Assembly: GCA_910592345.1 (NCBI GenBank)
Contig: CAJVPI010000090.1
Location: forward strand, 1-56,557
Direction of reading: 5' to 3'
Length of the DNA: 56,557 nt
From: Paraglomus brasilianum
Lineage: Eukaryota
Position numbers and translations under genes: made by a program. Of the stretch, positions 11,694 through 23,600 are shown piece after piece. The notes beneath the pieces are model-generated. The model was not told the origin of the DNA, did no database searches, and worked only from the letters and a program-made list of their open reading frames with translations. Position 1 is the first letter of the stretch; each line of letters begins with the position of its first letter.

Positions 11694-11756
11694 AATTGTT
11701 GGTAGAGACAGATATTGATATAACGGTCAAGAAAATGGTTAAATTTGTCAATCATT

Positions 11757-11766
11757 GTCACGTGAT
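11757..11766. promoter_or_regulatory. E-box GTCACGTGAT upstream of the NDUFA11-like gene
   Basis: bHLH-type palindrome ~65 nt upstream of the ATG. A similar CACGTGAC lies at 13605-13612 upstream of spermidine synthase. Confidence 0.35.
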
Positions 11767-13728
11767 TCGTATAATATTTTTTATTTCAAACAATTAATTT
11801 AGCAAGATCGAAGGCCTGACGCTCGTATGTCCGCCATGCTCTTGTCGCTTTTACTAACTAAATGTATATCAATGTCCAGCTTCCAATAGATCTCTCTTTT
11901 CATATGGTACATAGTCAATACATCGGTATGAATTGCCAAACTCGCTATGCTAAGAATGCTAATTACAAATAATAATAAAAGTTTTATTACCCGAGAAAAG
12001 CAAATCAATTATATTTCTTTAGTTAAGGAAGACGTCCTCGTTCCTGAGGCTGAATGGGAAGCTATCCCTGATCAATAACATCGTCAAAACTTTAAATCGA
12101 TAGATTCGTTAAGATAGCTGTAACAATTAAACGCTTGTTCCTAAGAATGAATGCAAAAATTACTATAATTGTATGCGCATATCGAATACGCAATGTCGAT
12201 TATTACTTTATCCGCTCGTAGTTCTTGCCGGATATTGAAATGCCCCATAAGTTTATTATTATTATTATCCTGTTTAACCGATATTTCCGTTCTAAGCAGT
12301 GATTCATTTCCGACATTTTAAATTCCCATAATCTGTCTTGCTTCCCAGTGCTAGATTTATTGAAATATTTATATACACTTGATTGTTGCCTGATCAAATT
12401 ACTGATCTTGTATTATGTTTAACATTAATAACAACATGCTTGCGTCACACATAAAAACCAGTCCTTTATGACCTGATGGATTATGATCTAATTTAACATT
12501 TGAGCAAAATCCTACCAATTATAATTTACCTGATGTATGATGTCGAGTCAACAATCGCGGGAGAGCAATCGATCGCTGACTTTGGGATTTAGCTATTTCC
12601 AAACGGAGCGGTAGCTTCTCCTAAAGACAGTTAGTGGCCGCTTTACTACTCACGACCTGATGTCGATCGGTAGGCACTAATCCTAGACGGTTATTCGACC
12701 TCGAGTTGGTCGACTATTCGAAGCCTATAGGTTGGGACATGCTTGTATCTATCTAAAACGCGTTTTCACCTAATACTAAGCGAATCCTAACTTTCCCTTT
12801 AATGTTTATTGCGGCACATGCGTGTATAGTATCGCAAAGCATTTGAATCGTTGTATCGTTTCAAAAATCCTGTTAAAAGGGCTCTCCTAAAGTACATAAA
12901 AAAGAGAATCGTCATGCGCACTTCCCAAACTTGGAAGAAGCTGGAGAATTTCTTTTTGTCAGTTCTACAAAAGATCTTATGTTGATATGTTAAGTCAATC
13001 AAAAATTGGTAGTTTATTACATTATAATGTTTATGTATTTAGAATCGTGAATAGATTTAATAAAGAGATTATTACCATTTTCATTATATAATATTACTAA
13101 TGATAAGCATCAAAACTAATATCTTATGACGTATCAGTTGTACATGGCAAACCGATACCTCGGCGTTTTAGTAGAAGTCTATGTTAATAATATACATTCT
13201 CGTTTTGTTTTTGTTTTTTTCGCGCAATATAGTGGTTACTTCTTTGAGTTATATTATCTATACAATTATTTAGTAAGCGTGCTTTAAGTAAATATGTTCA
13301 GCGAATATAGACGCTTATTTGATCCTCGATCTAAGCGCGGAGGTTGTCGGTATTGCACGTTGCTGATCGCTCTGTCTCGAACGTCTTTGGGAGTGTAAAT
13401 AAAATCCCGGTCTTCTCTTAACGATTATCGTTGGTCAGAGACTATTTATCCCAAAGAAATTGCCTATTATACCTCACGTCAGTCTCTTGTTAATGACAGT
13501 AACTATTACTTAGCAATAAACATTGTGAATATGGTTATCAGTCTTATCAGAGGGCTATCTGCATCGTCATACAAGTTTACAAGACATCCATTTGAAAGTT
13601 GGCCCACGTGACAATCATCATGAGGGTTGAAAATTTTTGACGGATTATAACTACATATAATCCGGATTCAGTCATCTCATCTATATATTCATCTTATATG
13701 CGTCGTTTCTTCGATAAATCCTTCCAAG

Positions 13729-15243
13729 ATGTCGAAACCATCGTTCCCATCACACCCGCAAATAGTTGACGGATGGTTCAAGGAAAAGCCATTGTTATGG
13801 CCTGGACAAGGTATCTGTCGGATTAATATATTAAAAACTTCCCGTTTATTACCATTGAACTTATTTATATTCGTCCAATATAGCCATGTGCCTGGAAATT
13901 GAAGAAGTTCTCCATATGGAACAATCAGCGCTACAAGATATTCTAATCTTCAAATCCAAGACATATGGCGTGGTGTTTGCTCTCGATGGTGTCGTTCAAT
14001 GTAGTGAGCGTGATGAATTTGCGTATCAAGAAATGATAACCCATCTCCCACTCAATTGCCATCCTGATCCTCGAAAAGTACTTGTCATTGGTGGTGGGGA
14101 CGGTGGAGTATTAAGAGAGATTGTCAAACATGAGAGTGTAGAAGAGGTAATCTTGTGTGAGATTGATGACGCCGTTATTCGAGTAGCAAAAAAGTATTTG
14201 CCAAATATGGCGGTTGGATTTGATCATCCCAAAGTCAAAGTCGTCATTCAAGACGGATTTGAATACCTGAAGGAGAAGCTCGAAACTTATGATGCCATTA
14301 TTATCGATACATCGGATCCTATTGGTGAGTGGTATTTGCAGAATCGCTGGAGGAGATAAATCGATGCTGTAATAGGACTGTCTTGTGCACCTTCGCCTAT
14401 GAGCTGTATTCTGCATGCGGCAATCCAAATTGCGAATGCTGGCACGGTACAGTTATTGAGAAACATGTCCCCCTCTCATTGTGCTTTACCAAGTCTCAAT
14501 GTCAAGAAAATTTAACCATAATTTCTCTGCGTTTCGGACGTAAAAGACGTGCTTACAGAAGAAAATCACGCCGCTGTCAAGTTATAGGAAATCAGATGTA
14601 ATCTATCGTTGTGACAATAACATATAGACAAACATCCTTGTCATTTCGATGTAGGAAGCTTCGGTGCAAACTGAATCCGAGTATACACGACAGTCCTTTG
14701 CGGTATTGCTGTAATGGTTTCGATCGCTAAAAGTTAATCTGTCTTCGAATTAGGCCCCGCGGAATCTTTATTTCGAAAAGACTTTTTCAAGTTAGTACGA
14801 GACGCGCTCCGACCGGGTGGCCTTATGAGCATTCAAGGTAATTAGGGCGGTATTAGTATAGATATACATTTTTTAAAACGTCATATTTTAGACACTCAAT
14901 TATACTTCAATTCCCACACATCTTGTTACTATCGCGTTCCCTCAAAGCCGAATGTCAATGGCTTCATTTATCATTCATCAAGGAAATTCATCTATACTGT
15001 ATTGATGTCTTTCCCGTGGCCGAATACGCTTACACAACAATCCCTACGTATCCCTCTGGTCAGATAGGACTTTTTGTATGTTGCAAGGAAGAAGGGCGTA
15101 ATCTTCGTAAGCCATTGAGAAGATGGACCCCCGAGCAGGAAGAGAAGCTGTGCAAATATTACAATGCTGAAATACACGAGGCGTCCTTTATTCTACCAAC
15201 TTTCACACGGAGTTTTATCGATCAATACAGACCATCAAAATAG
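13729..15243 (+). CDS. SPE3: Spermidine synthase; exons 13729-13810, 13884-14324, 14754-14837, 14948-15243
   Basis: [52 protein letters not shown] and [11 protein letters not shown] motifs. Splice phases are consistent. Confidence 0.95.
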
Positions 15244-15419
15244 TCATTGATGGAAATGGTGTTTACTATAAGCATTCGATGTGAAGTGTATAATTTTTGA
15301 TCTACTCTCCTTATGGAGTATCTATTAAATCAAATCAAGACTGAATCGAAAGCTAACACAGACAGGACTTGGAACTTATTATATTAATTTTGCAGGGGTT
15401 ATCGTCATAATGACCCCAT

Positions 15420-18400
15420 TCATGGTTCTTCCTTAGGTACTATCAGTTGCCTATATTGCTTAATACTGTCACCTTCAAATTTCCCGACCCTGCCATTCTC
15501 GCACACCCAAATCTCGTTGCAAATCGAATCAATAAATCGCTCGTCATGGGATACAAGGATGACACCGCCCTTGAATTCTTTCAAGGCTGCTATTAGGGCA
15601 TCCATAGAATCCATGTCAAGATGATTTGTCGGCTATTAAATTGGGCAGGAATCGTAATTAGTGAACAAGTATGATAACACAAGATACAACAAAATATTAT
15701 CAATTACCTCGTCCAAAATCAAAATGTGGGGGTTCTGCAATCCTAAACATGCAAATGCTACTCTGCTTTTTTGTCCGCCGGACAATGTGTCCAATCGTTG
15801 TAACGCTGTCATTCCGGTAATGCCGAAACTTCCTAATTGCCTTCTATACTCTTCCTCACTTTTACCTGGCCAAGTTTTAGACATGAAACCGACTGCAGTC
15901 GTGTCTAGATCGAGTTGATCCACATGGTGCTGCATAAACAAAGCGAACCGTAACCGTCCATGACGGTGAACAAATCCTTTGAGAGGCTGAAGCATACCAG
16001 TCAAAAGCTTCAGTAGAGTTGATTTTCCCGCTCCGTTTGGACCAACTACAGCTATGCGTGAATCCAATTGTACCGATAGGTTGACGTCAGACAAAATCAG
16101 ATCTCCCGACTTGTATCCAAATGCGACATCATCTAACTGAAGAATAGGCGGACTAATAGGATCAGGGTTAGGGAATCTGAAAGTCACTGAACTTTCCACT
16201 TCGGGAGGTTCTATCACCGGCAATTTCTCCAACAATTTTAATTTGCTCTGAGCCTGTGGTCCTCTCTTTGCATTATATCTCCAACGATCTATGAAGTCTT
16301 GTAGATGTTGTCTGTATTGCATCTGGGCCTCATACTCACGCTGTTGGTTCTTGCGTCGCTCTTCTTTAGTCGCATAAAACTGCGTAAAATTCCCCCTGTA
16401 GAAATCAACACGTTCAGAATGCTGATGTAAAATATCGGTCGCAACCTCATCAAGAAATTCTCTGTCATGAGACACTACAAGTAGTGTACTTGGCCAATTT
16501 TTTAAATAATGTTCTAACCAGGCAACAGCAGGAATATCCAACATATTTGTAGGCTCGTCTAGTAGTAACAAATCAGGTCGACAGAATAATGCTCGAGCTA
16601 ACGCAAGCCGCATGCGCCAACCTCCAGAGAACGTTTTTGTTGGATCACGTATTCGCTCTTCTGGAAATCCTAACCCGGAGAGTATAGAAGCAGCACGAGA
16701 TTCTGCTTTGTCGCTCTCAATGTCAGCTAATTTCTGATAAACCTCCTGCAACTGCGCATTCGCGTCCTCTTTCTCCTTCTCTATATCTTCTGAAGTTTGG
16801 TTTTCGTCTGGAACCATTTTTTCGAGTTTAGCAAGCATAGTATTTAATCTTTTTTCTTCTCCGAGAAGATGTTCTCTCCAGATATCCGCACTCAATACAG
16901 CTTCAATGGCAAGAGTATCATCGCCAACCATTTCTTGTTCGACATGTAGAATGCTAATGTGAGTCGGGACAGTTAATTCTCGTCTCGAAAGTGTTCTCAG
17001 CAACGTTGAATTATGAGTGACAGTCAAATCTTCCAATAGCACAAGTTGATTGCCATCCACTTGGAATCCATAATAAGGCATGTGACCAATTTCTTCTATC
17101 TGGAAACCCCACATATATTCTGAAGGATGGAATATTTCAAATAAACCTCTATCAAGCGAAATAAGATCATATCGCATAGAAGGTAGTGTAAACAATTCAC
17201 TACCATATATAACACAATGCCAATGACGCTTGTGATCGTTGCAATCATAACAACTCTCTCTATCAGGTTTGTCATTAAGAAGACCACAGAAACTTGCCAA
17301 TCGTTTAATGGATTTTACCACGTCCCAGCTAGAAACAGTCAACTTGACATAGTGTCCAATAGATGAATCCCAACAGCGCAAACTATCGCCATCCACAAGA
17401 CCGGCTAGAAGCGGTTTTCGAACAGTTTCAAGGCAGTCTGTCATTAGAGCATTTGGAATATTCTTATTATGAAGTAAGCCAAGTTCGCTAAGCACCTTTC
17501 TGAACACATTGCACTGACGCTTTCCTGTTCCGCGATCGAAGCTCACATATGTATAAACGTCGTCGGTCGTATGTACACAATTCCATTGCAAGATGGTACA
17601 CGCTTCTTCTACGTAATAAATTAAAGAACGAGTTTCATTTCTAGGGAGCATCAAACAATCTGAACCCTTCAATCCTCTACTTATCCAAAAGCCAATCATC
17701 CAAGCAGTATAAGAGATATATTCAGAGGTCGGATAGCGGCCAGTTATAGATTCCACTATACCAGCTAGTCTGTCTTGTCCTTGAAAATGGACTATCTTTG
17801 GGCGATACATATATGAATATTTTTGCACTTCCGGGCAAACTTTTAAAAAGTCTTCCAGAGCCACTTCCCATATAAAATCCGGCGACAACCTGTTAGATTT
17901 ACGTATTTTCTCCTGGTGAGCAGCCGCTTGCGCTACAAATTTATTCCGGTATAGTTTTCCGGCGCCATATGAAAAATCTTCTTTCCGCGGGACAATTAAA
18001 TTTGTCTTTTGAACATACTCATACCAATGAAGAATCACTCCTGGGTGCGCTGATGCAAAATTTTCGCTCGTGACAATACGGGGTCTTCCCCCAAATTTAA
18101 GTACAAGAATGTGTTTGTCATTACATTCGAACGGCTTGCCTGGACTTCCCAGTTCTGGAATCACTTTATACATAGGTCCTACTCCGCGAGAAAGACTTAG
18201 GACACGCCTCGGCGCGCCATCATTGCCTTGTAGGTTATCGTCGATGAGAATGTCTTCAACTCTTTTAGAGGAACCATCTGACATAAGGAGCTTAGTTCCG
18301 AGCCCAAAACATTTCTGCAAACATTGTATGTATGCAAATTGCGTTGACGGAGCACGTATAAGAAAAAGAGAGGAGGAAAGTTAGTGAATGGTAAGTTGCG

Positions 18401-19173
18401 TATTAATCTAACATTGTAGAGAAAACCCCGCCTTATATCCGGTTCGTTAAAGTATTGCCTGGGTAATGATTTGTTGAATAAACAAAATTGTAAAAACTTA
18501 CCCCAATCCCGTTACGACCAACCAAACCATATCGACGGCCATAAGTCAATGTTAAGTCAGCGTTTGTTAGAATACGCCTGCCGGCAAATGATATGTCGAA
18601 ATTTTCCACCTTAACATCTTTAACTTTTCCTCTTGTCGAAGTATAGTCTAATATAGGATTGACGCTCATTAAGAATTCAGCATCATCCCTCTTTTGTAAC
18701 AATTTACTAGCTTCGTAATTAGATCTTCGCTCTCTCTTTTCTAATTTTGCTTTGATCTTTGCCTCTGCTTTTTCCAATTTCCGTGTATCCACTCTTGTTT
18801 CTACTTTTCGACCGCTAACAGCCTCGAGATCGATACCCGACGAAGCCAAACGTGCTGTTGCTGAGACCGCATCCCGGTTGCGCATGTTTATCGGTTGCCT
18901 TAATTTAGCGGGCTCATTTGCCTTATTGAACTGCTCTTGTCCGTAGTGAACAAGCAAGTTTGTTAATTCTTCACAAAGTTGATTTACACGATCCTCTTCA
19001 CCTCCAGCATCAATCAACATCGGTCTGACAAAGTCAGCTATGACATCTTCTTCATCTTGAATAGATGGGGTTTCGTCGAGATAGCCAACAACGTAATCGA
19101 TAATCGCATCATCAACATCAGGAACATAGTTACGTACCAATTGACTAACTCGTGTTGAATTCACTTCAGCCAT
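15420..19173 (-). CDS. GCN20: ABC-F ATPase GCN20/ABCF3, intein-containing; exons 19173-18502, 18314-15708, 15632-15420 (1163-aa precursor, 729 aa after intein removal)
   Basis: Two NBDs: GRNGIGK|STLL, FSGGWRMRLALA and LLLDEPTN; then GPNGAGKSTLL, LSGGQKSRVA and ILDE|PTNHLD. N-terminal PWI-like/Gcn1-binding extension (VDDAIIDYVVGYL). No transmembrane domains. Confidence 0.93.
17010..18311 (-). mobile_element. Intein (434 aa) with LAGLIDADG-type homing endonuclease domain
   Basis: Block A CFGLGTKLLMSDGSSKRVEDI, block B FECNDKHILVL, block C WMIGFWISRG, block E LLAGLVDGDS, block F/G YYGFQVDGNQLVLLEDLTVTHN, +1 Ser. Removing it restores Walker A GRNGIGKS. Confidence 0.97.
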
Positions 19174-19387
19174 TGTTTTAGAACGAGTGTAAATCGAAGG
19201 AAACGATTTACAAGAATGTGAGACAGAAAGGTAAAGCGTGAAAGAATGCTGTTAATTAATAATTTGTAAATATGAACTTTTTTCGACCAATGGGAAGCAA
19301 ACACAAAACACAACAGATCCATATTTTCATAATTCTGGCTCGACTATATAACCAAAGGTTAAATTCCGTTATTTGACACAGCAAAAT

Positions 19388-20324
19388 ATGTCTTCCTTAG
19401 TTGTTGCCGTGGTATATGTGGGCGGGTGTCTGCTAGTAATGAGCACGTTTTCGTATTTTTGGCGTCGGCGGAAAGCAGGCAAGTTTTCGTGGGTGCTTTA
19501 CTGATAAAGCGAGGATATGCATTCGTTTCGTGGGAAGTTGATTATACTAAAAGTTACTGCTTCACGGAAACCGGCAAGCACGAACTCAGTTATAGAGAAC
19601 ACTAGCTACCTACATATAGATTCTATGTTATTATTGGAGTTGATGTGGATTTATGATTCACACAAAGTCTACACGATACGAATTCTAAAAGCTTCTCAAT
19701 ACTCATGGTAGATTACTGTCATATTATTTAGCAAGGGCACAGTTAGAACCATGGTTTCCAGAACATAAGACGCGTGATATTTACTATGCCTTGGTGAATG
19801 CTGATCCACCCGCAAGCGAGATTCAACGCAAGAGTGCTCTGCTACGTCGAGCGATGACAGATATTGTGCGCGCTGGGAAAATTAATAGTGACAAACAAGC
19901 TCTTGCTACATTATTACAACAGGGAGCAGTTGGAGATGATCTATGGACTTCATTACTAGCTGCCGAGGCAGAGCTTTACAACGTAGAACTGAACGATGTC
20001 GTAGTGGAGGCTAATAAATACAAGCATGGCTGGGGCCAGACTATTCTTCAGACAGCTCAAGAAATGGTTGTGCACGAACAGCAAAAGGAAATGGAACAGC
20101 AAATGCGGGAAATGAAGGAAAGGGAAGAAAAAGCTGCCAAGATACGTGAAGCAAGAGAGAAGGCTGAAGAAGCCGAGATTGAACGGCAGGAAAGAGAAAG
20201 ATCTGAGAAGGAGAGAAAGCAGGCCCAAGAGGAGTTGTTAAAGATGGTTGAGGAGGAGGAAGCGAAGAAGGAGAAGGAGGAATCGAAGAAGGAGAAGAAG
20301 AAAGCGAAGGGTAAAAAAAAGTGA
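19388..20324 (+). CDS. SEC66: Sec62/63 complex subunit Sec66; exons 19388-19478 and 19732-20324
   Basis: N-terminal TM followed by FSYFWRRRK, EPWFPEH..RDIY, KSALLRRAM, GAVGDDLW and EAN....GWGQTI. GC-AG intron 19479-19731. Confidence 0.88.
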
Positions 20325-20688
20325 AGATCCAATAACCCGTTCGATGAGTACATAATGCTGATGCTGGACTCTAGGACTCTTATTACGAACATTCAAATTC
20401 CAATACTCTACATGGATTCCTAGATGCAACATCATTATCAACTACGGATGCTGACTTTATACAATGATAATTATGTAAATTGGACATTGGTTTGTTCGCT
20501 TATGTGTTCTATTCGTGGAATATGATATTGAAAAGCCATAACATAAAACCGCTGCCGAAATGTAATTTTGATAAATAGATTCCGATATACCTGTTGATTG
20601 ACAGTTTGGTTATAATACAATCAGATCGTCAAATCTAAAAAAGTTTATACATCTCGCTTTCTTTTACATACTTGCATCGCGACAATGG

Positions 20689-23600
20689 TTATTCAACGTC
20701 CTTTTTTCTATATGCTTTTTTGGGTGGCGGTTCAACTAGTAATGCCTGTGAGAAATGTAGTACGATATCATTAGATAGAGCTAGACGACGGTATCTGATA
20801 ATAAGTACAATCTCAAAAAATAACATACAGGATTAGGAACATAGGCATAACCGTTATCCTCGAGAAGCTTGGCGATTTGACGTTCACCATCGCTTTCCAT
20901 GTCTTCATCGCGAGTAAATCTCTTGTGGACCCGAGCCGATCGTCTGAAATTCATCTTATCAGAATAACGACTACTATACCACAACAAATACAATTAACTC
21001 ATTCACCACTAACCTAACGGGTGTAATAACCGTCGAAACTCCCAATTCTACAAAATTGACAATTAAATCAACTCCTATATCATTATGGTAGCCCACACAA
21101 GCATTGATGATGCATACCTTCTCGATCTTTCCTTTTCGCTTTTACAGGCGTCAAGACCATTATTGTCGATCCTGTAGTTTCCTCTGTTTTCACCTCTTTC
21201 ATGTCTGTATCAGTGCTTAACCTGGCTTCGTCGGACGACAATTTCTCCAACGCCCTTGCAATCGCATCAAAGTTTCTTGGCTTGGGGAGCCGAGCTATCG
21301 CATCTTCTACATCCTCTCTGGTATCCATTTCATTCCCATAACGTTCGAATCCGGGACTCTCGTACTCGAAAACAAGCGAAAGTTCGCTCTCCCTGAATCT
21401 CCTGTCGGAACACTGCAATTCGGATACTGTCTTGCTTACCGGTGTTTGCATGCCAGAATCTATGGGTAGCAGTCTATCTTTAAAGAAACTAGGCGTAGCA
21501 AGAGGCCCAGGTGTAGCAAAATGTCTAGTTGTAGCAAGGGGCGTATGCGCTAAATTATCCACCATTTGTTGGACGGAATTGTTGGCGGCTGGCTTTATAA
21601 GTAACAACTCATTCATGAGCTCTTTCGACAATTCAGCTATCATTATTTACAATGTAATAGATAGCCAGTGTTAATAAATCAAAATTCTAAGTCCCCAAAT
21701 AGCAGCTAGTACATAGACAATACCTATATCAAAGCCTTTAACCAGAATCTCCATGTTAACAATCATCCCAGTATCCGAATCAGTTATTACCATTATTAAC
21801 GGCCTGTCCATCAGTACCTTTTCTGAAGATCTCAATCTGATTTTTCGAACGATTAGTTTATTATTCTACAAAAAGCCACGGCGAATACTTGTAAACTTAC
21901 CGTTTTGGCCCGGGTGCCTCACTTTGCTGATCAGGACAAGTAGAGTTTTCCTGAATCAAAGACGTCATCAGAGATGGCGACGTTTGAGTAGACATTTCAC
22001 TAGTTTGGGGGCGCATTGGTGTACTTTCCATTGGAGTGTGTCTATAAATTACATATTAGTAACAAGCGATGATTCATTTCCTATAGACTCATAAAATAGA
22101 TGACGTACTCTATTCTGTCTGTCAACCATTTCAGCGACTTTGGTAACTCATGCGTGTCGTTGAAAATTTTGGATGCCGACGGAACTGAAGACGTATTTGC
22201 AATCCTCACGGCAGACCTGGGTGTATATGCTAACGATTCTAGTCTATTCGGCGTTTGAGTCGTTGGAATGTCATTTTGCATTTCGTCCTTTGCGATAGGC
22301 TGTTTGGATGTTGACAAATTCGAAGACGGATTTGCAATCCTCATGGCAGACCGGGGTGTATATGCTACCGATTCTAGTCTATTCGGCGTTTGAGTCGTTT
22401 GAATATCATCTTGCATCCCATCCTTCGCGATAAGTTGTTTGGATGTCGACCGATTCGCAGACGGATTTGTAATCCTTACGGCAGACCGGGGCGTACATAC
22501 TAATGAGTCTAGTCTATTCGGCGTTTGAGTTGTTGGAATATCATTTTGCATCCCATCCTTCGCGATAGGCTGTTTGGATGTTGACAAATTCGAAGGTGGG
22601 TTTGCAATCCTTACTGCAGACCGGGGTGTACGTGCTAATGATTCTAGTCTATTCGGCGTTTGAGGAGTTGGAATATCGTCTTGAACTGCATCCTTCGCGA
22701 TGGCCTGCGGATTTCTCACGCAAACCGCATTGGGGGATGGAACCGTATAACTCTCAATCTGTCTCTTGTCTGTCACGGGATATATGACTCTCACTCGATT
22801 AGCCTTGGGTGTGGGCGTGTAGCTACTTTGACGATCTGGTTCGTTATCTTGGTTCCTGGACTCAGCAGACCGAGGGATGCGACTGGCGGTCATTATACGA
22901 GCCGTATTTGGTGTTTCCACCCCGTTCTTTTGCGTTGATACAGAAGTACTTGAAGATTGGTTCGCGTTTCGTTGTGGACTTATTGTAACCGGTGAGTCTA
23001 GTTTTATTGGTGCCAAAATTGCTATAGATGAGTCGACAGGTCGGCCGAATCGCTTTTGGCTATTTGGGATCTTTTGTATAGTCGACTTGTCATTTTGCAC
23101 ATCATCAGTATCGGCAGCTAAAAGACGAACAGGTTTGCCAGTTATGCCGAGGTGTCTCGGAGAACGCCCAGGAGTCACGCAGGAGGCAGGTATCTGTGAT
23201 GGTTGAGCATTACTTCTAGTGTCTACTGAGGTTGCTTCTTTTTGGCTCTCGTTCGCACCCTTTTTTGGGTGTTCACTTTTACTTTGTTTCACATTCGTGT
23301 TCTCGGAATTATTATATCTTGCATCATCTAATCATACTTGACAATTAATCAGTGAATTTTACTAAAAATGATTGTGACAATCATCCCAACACTCACCAGA
23401 CGAAACTTGTTGTTTGACCACAGGCTTTCGTACAGCTTGACCTGATTGCGGCTGTTGTCGAAGCGGCTCAAAAATAGGTACTCGGACTTTACCTCTGTAA
23501 AGGGTAAAAGCATTAATTTGCAACAATGCTAATTATGGGCACTTTTATTGACATACGTTTTTGATTTTGTCTTCTCTGCCTCTTTTTTCTTCTTAAAAGC

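Noticed and set aside
14651..14697. RNase P/MRP or SRP identity for the SPE3 intron RNA (GGAAGCTTCGGTG, AACTGAATCCGAGTATAC and GCTGTAAT motifs)
   Set aside because: The CR-I-like and CR-V-like motifs are adjacent instead of separated by the specificity domain, no GGGG partner exists for GTCCCC, and no SRP helix-8 motif was found.
17007..18501. Alternative splicing that would skip the intein
   Set aside because: There is no AG plus Lys codon before the Ser codon at 17009, so an RNA-level skip would lose the Walker A lysine.
22186..22700. CRISPR-like array
   Set aside because: In-frame coding tandem repeat with no unique spacers, in a eukaryotic gene.
14111..23206. Antisense ORFs overlapping SPE3, GCN20, SEC66 and the repeat protein
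   Set aside because: Shadow frames of well-supported genes on the opposite strand.
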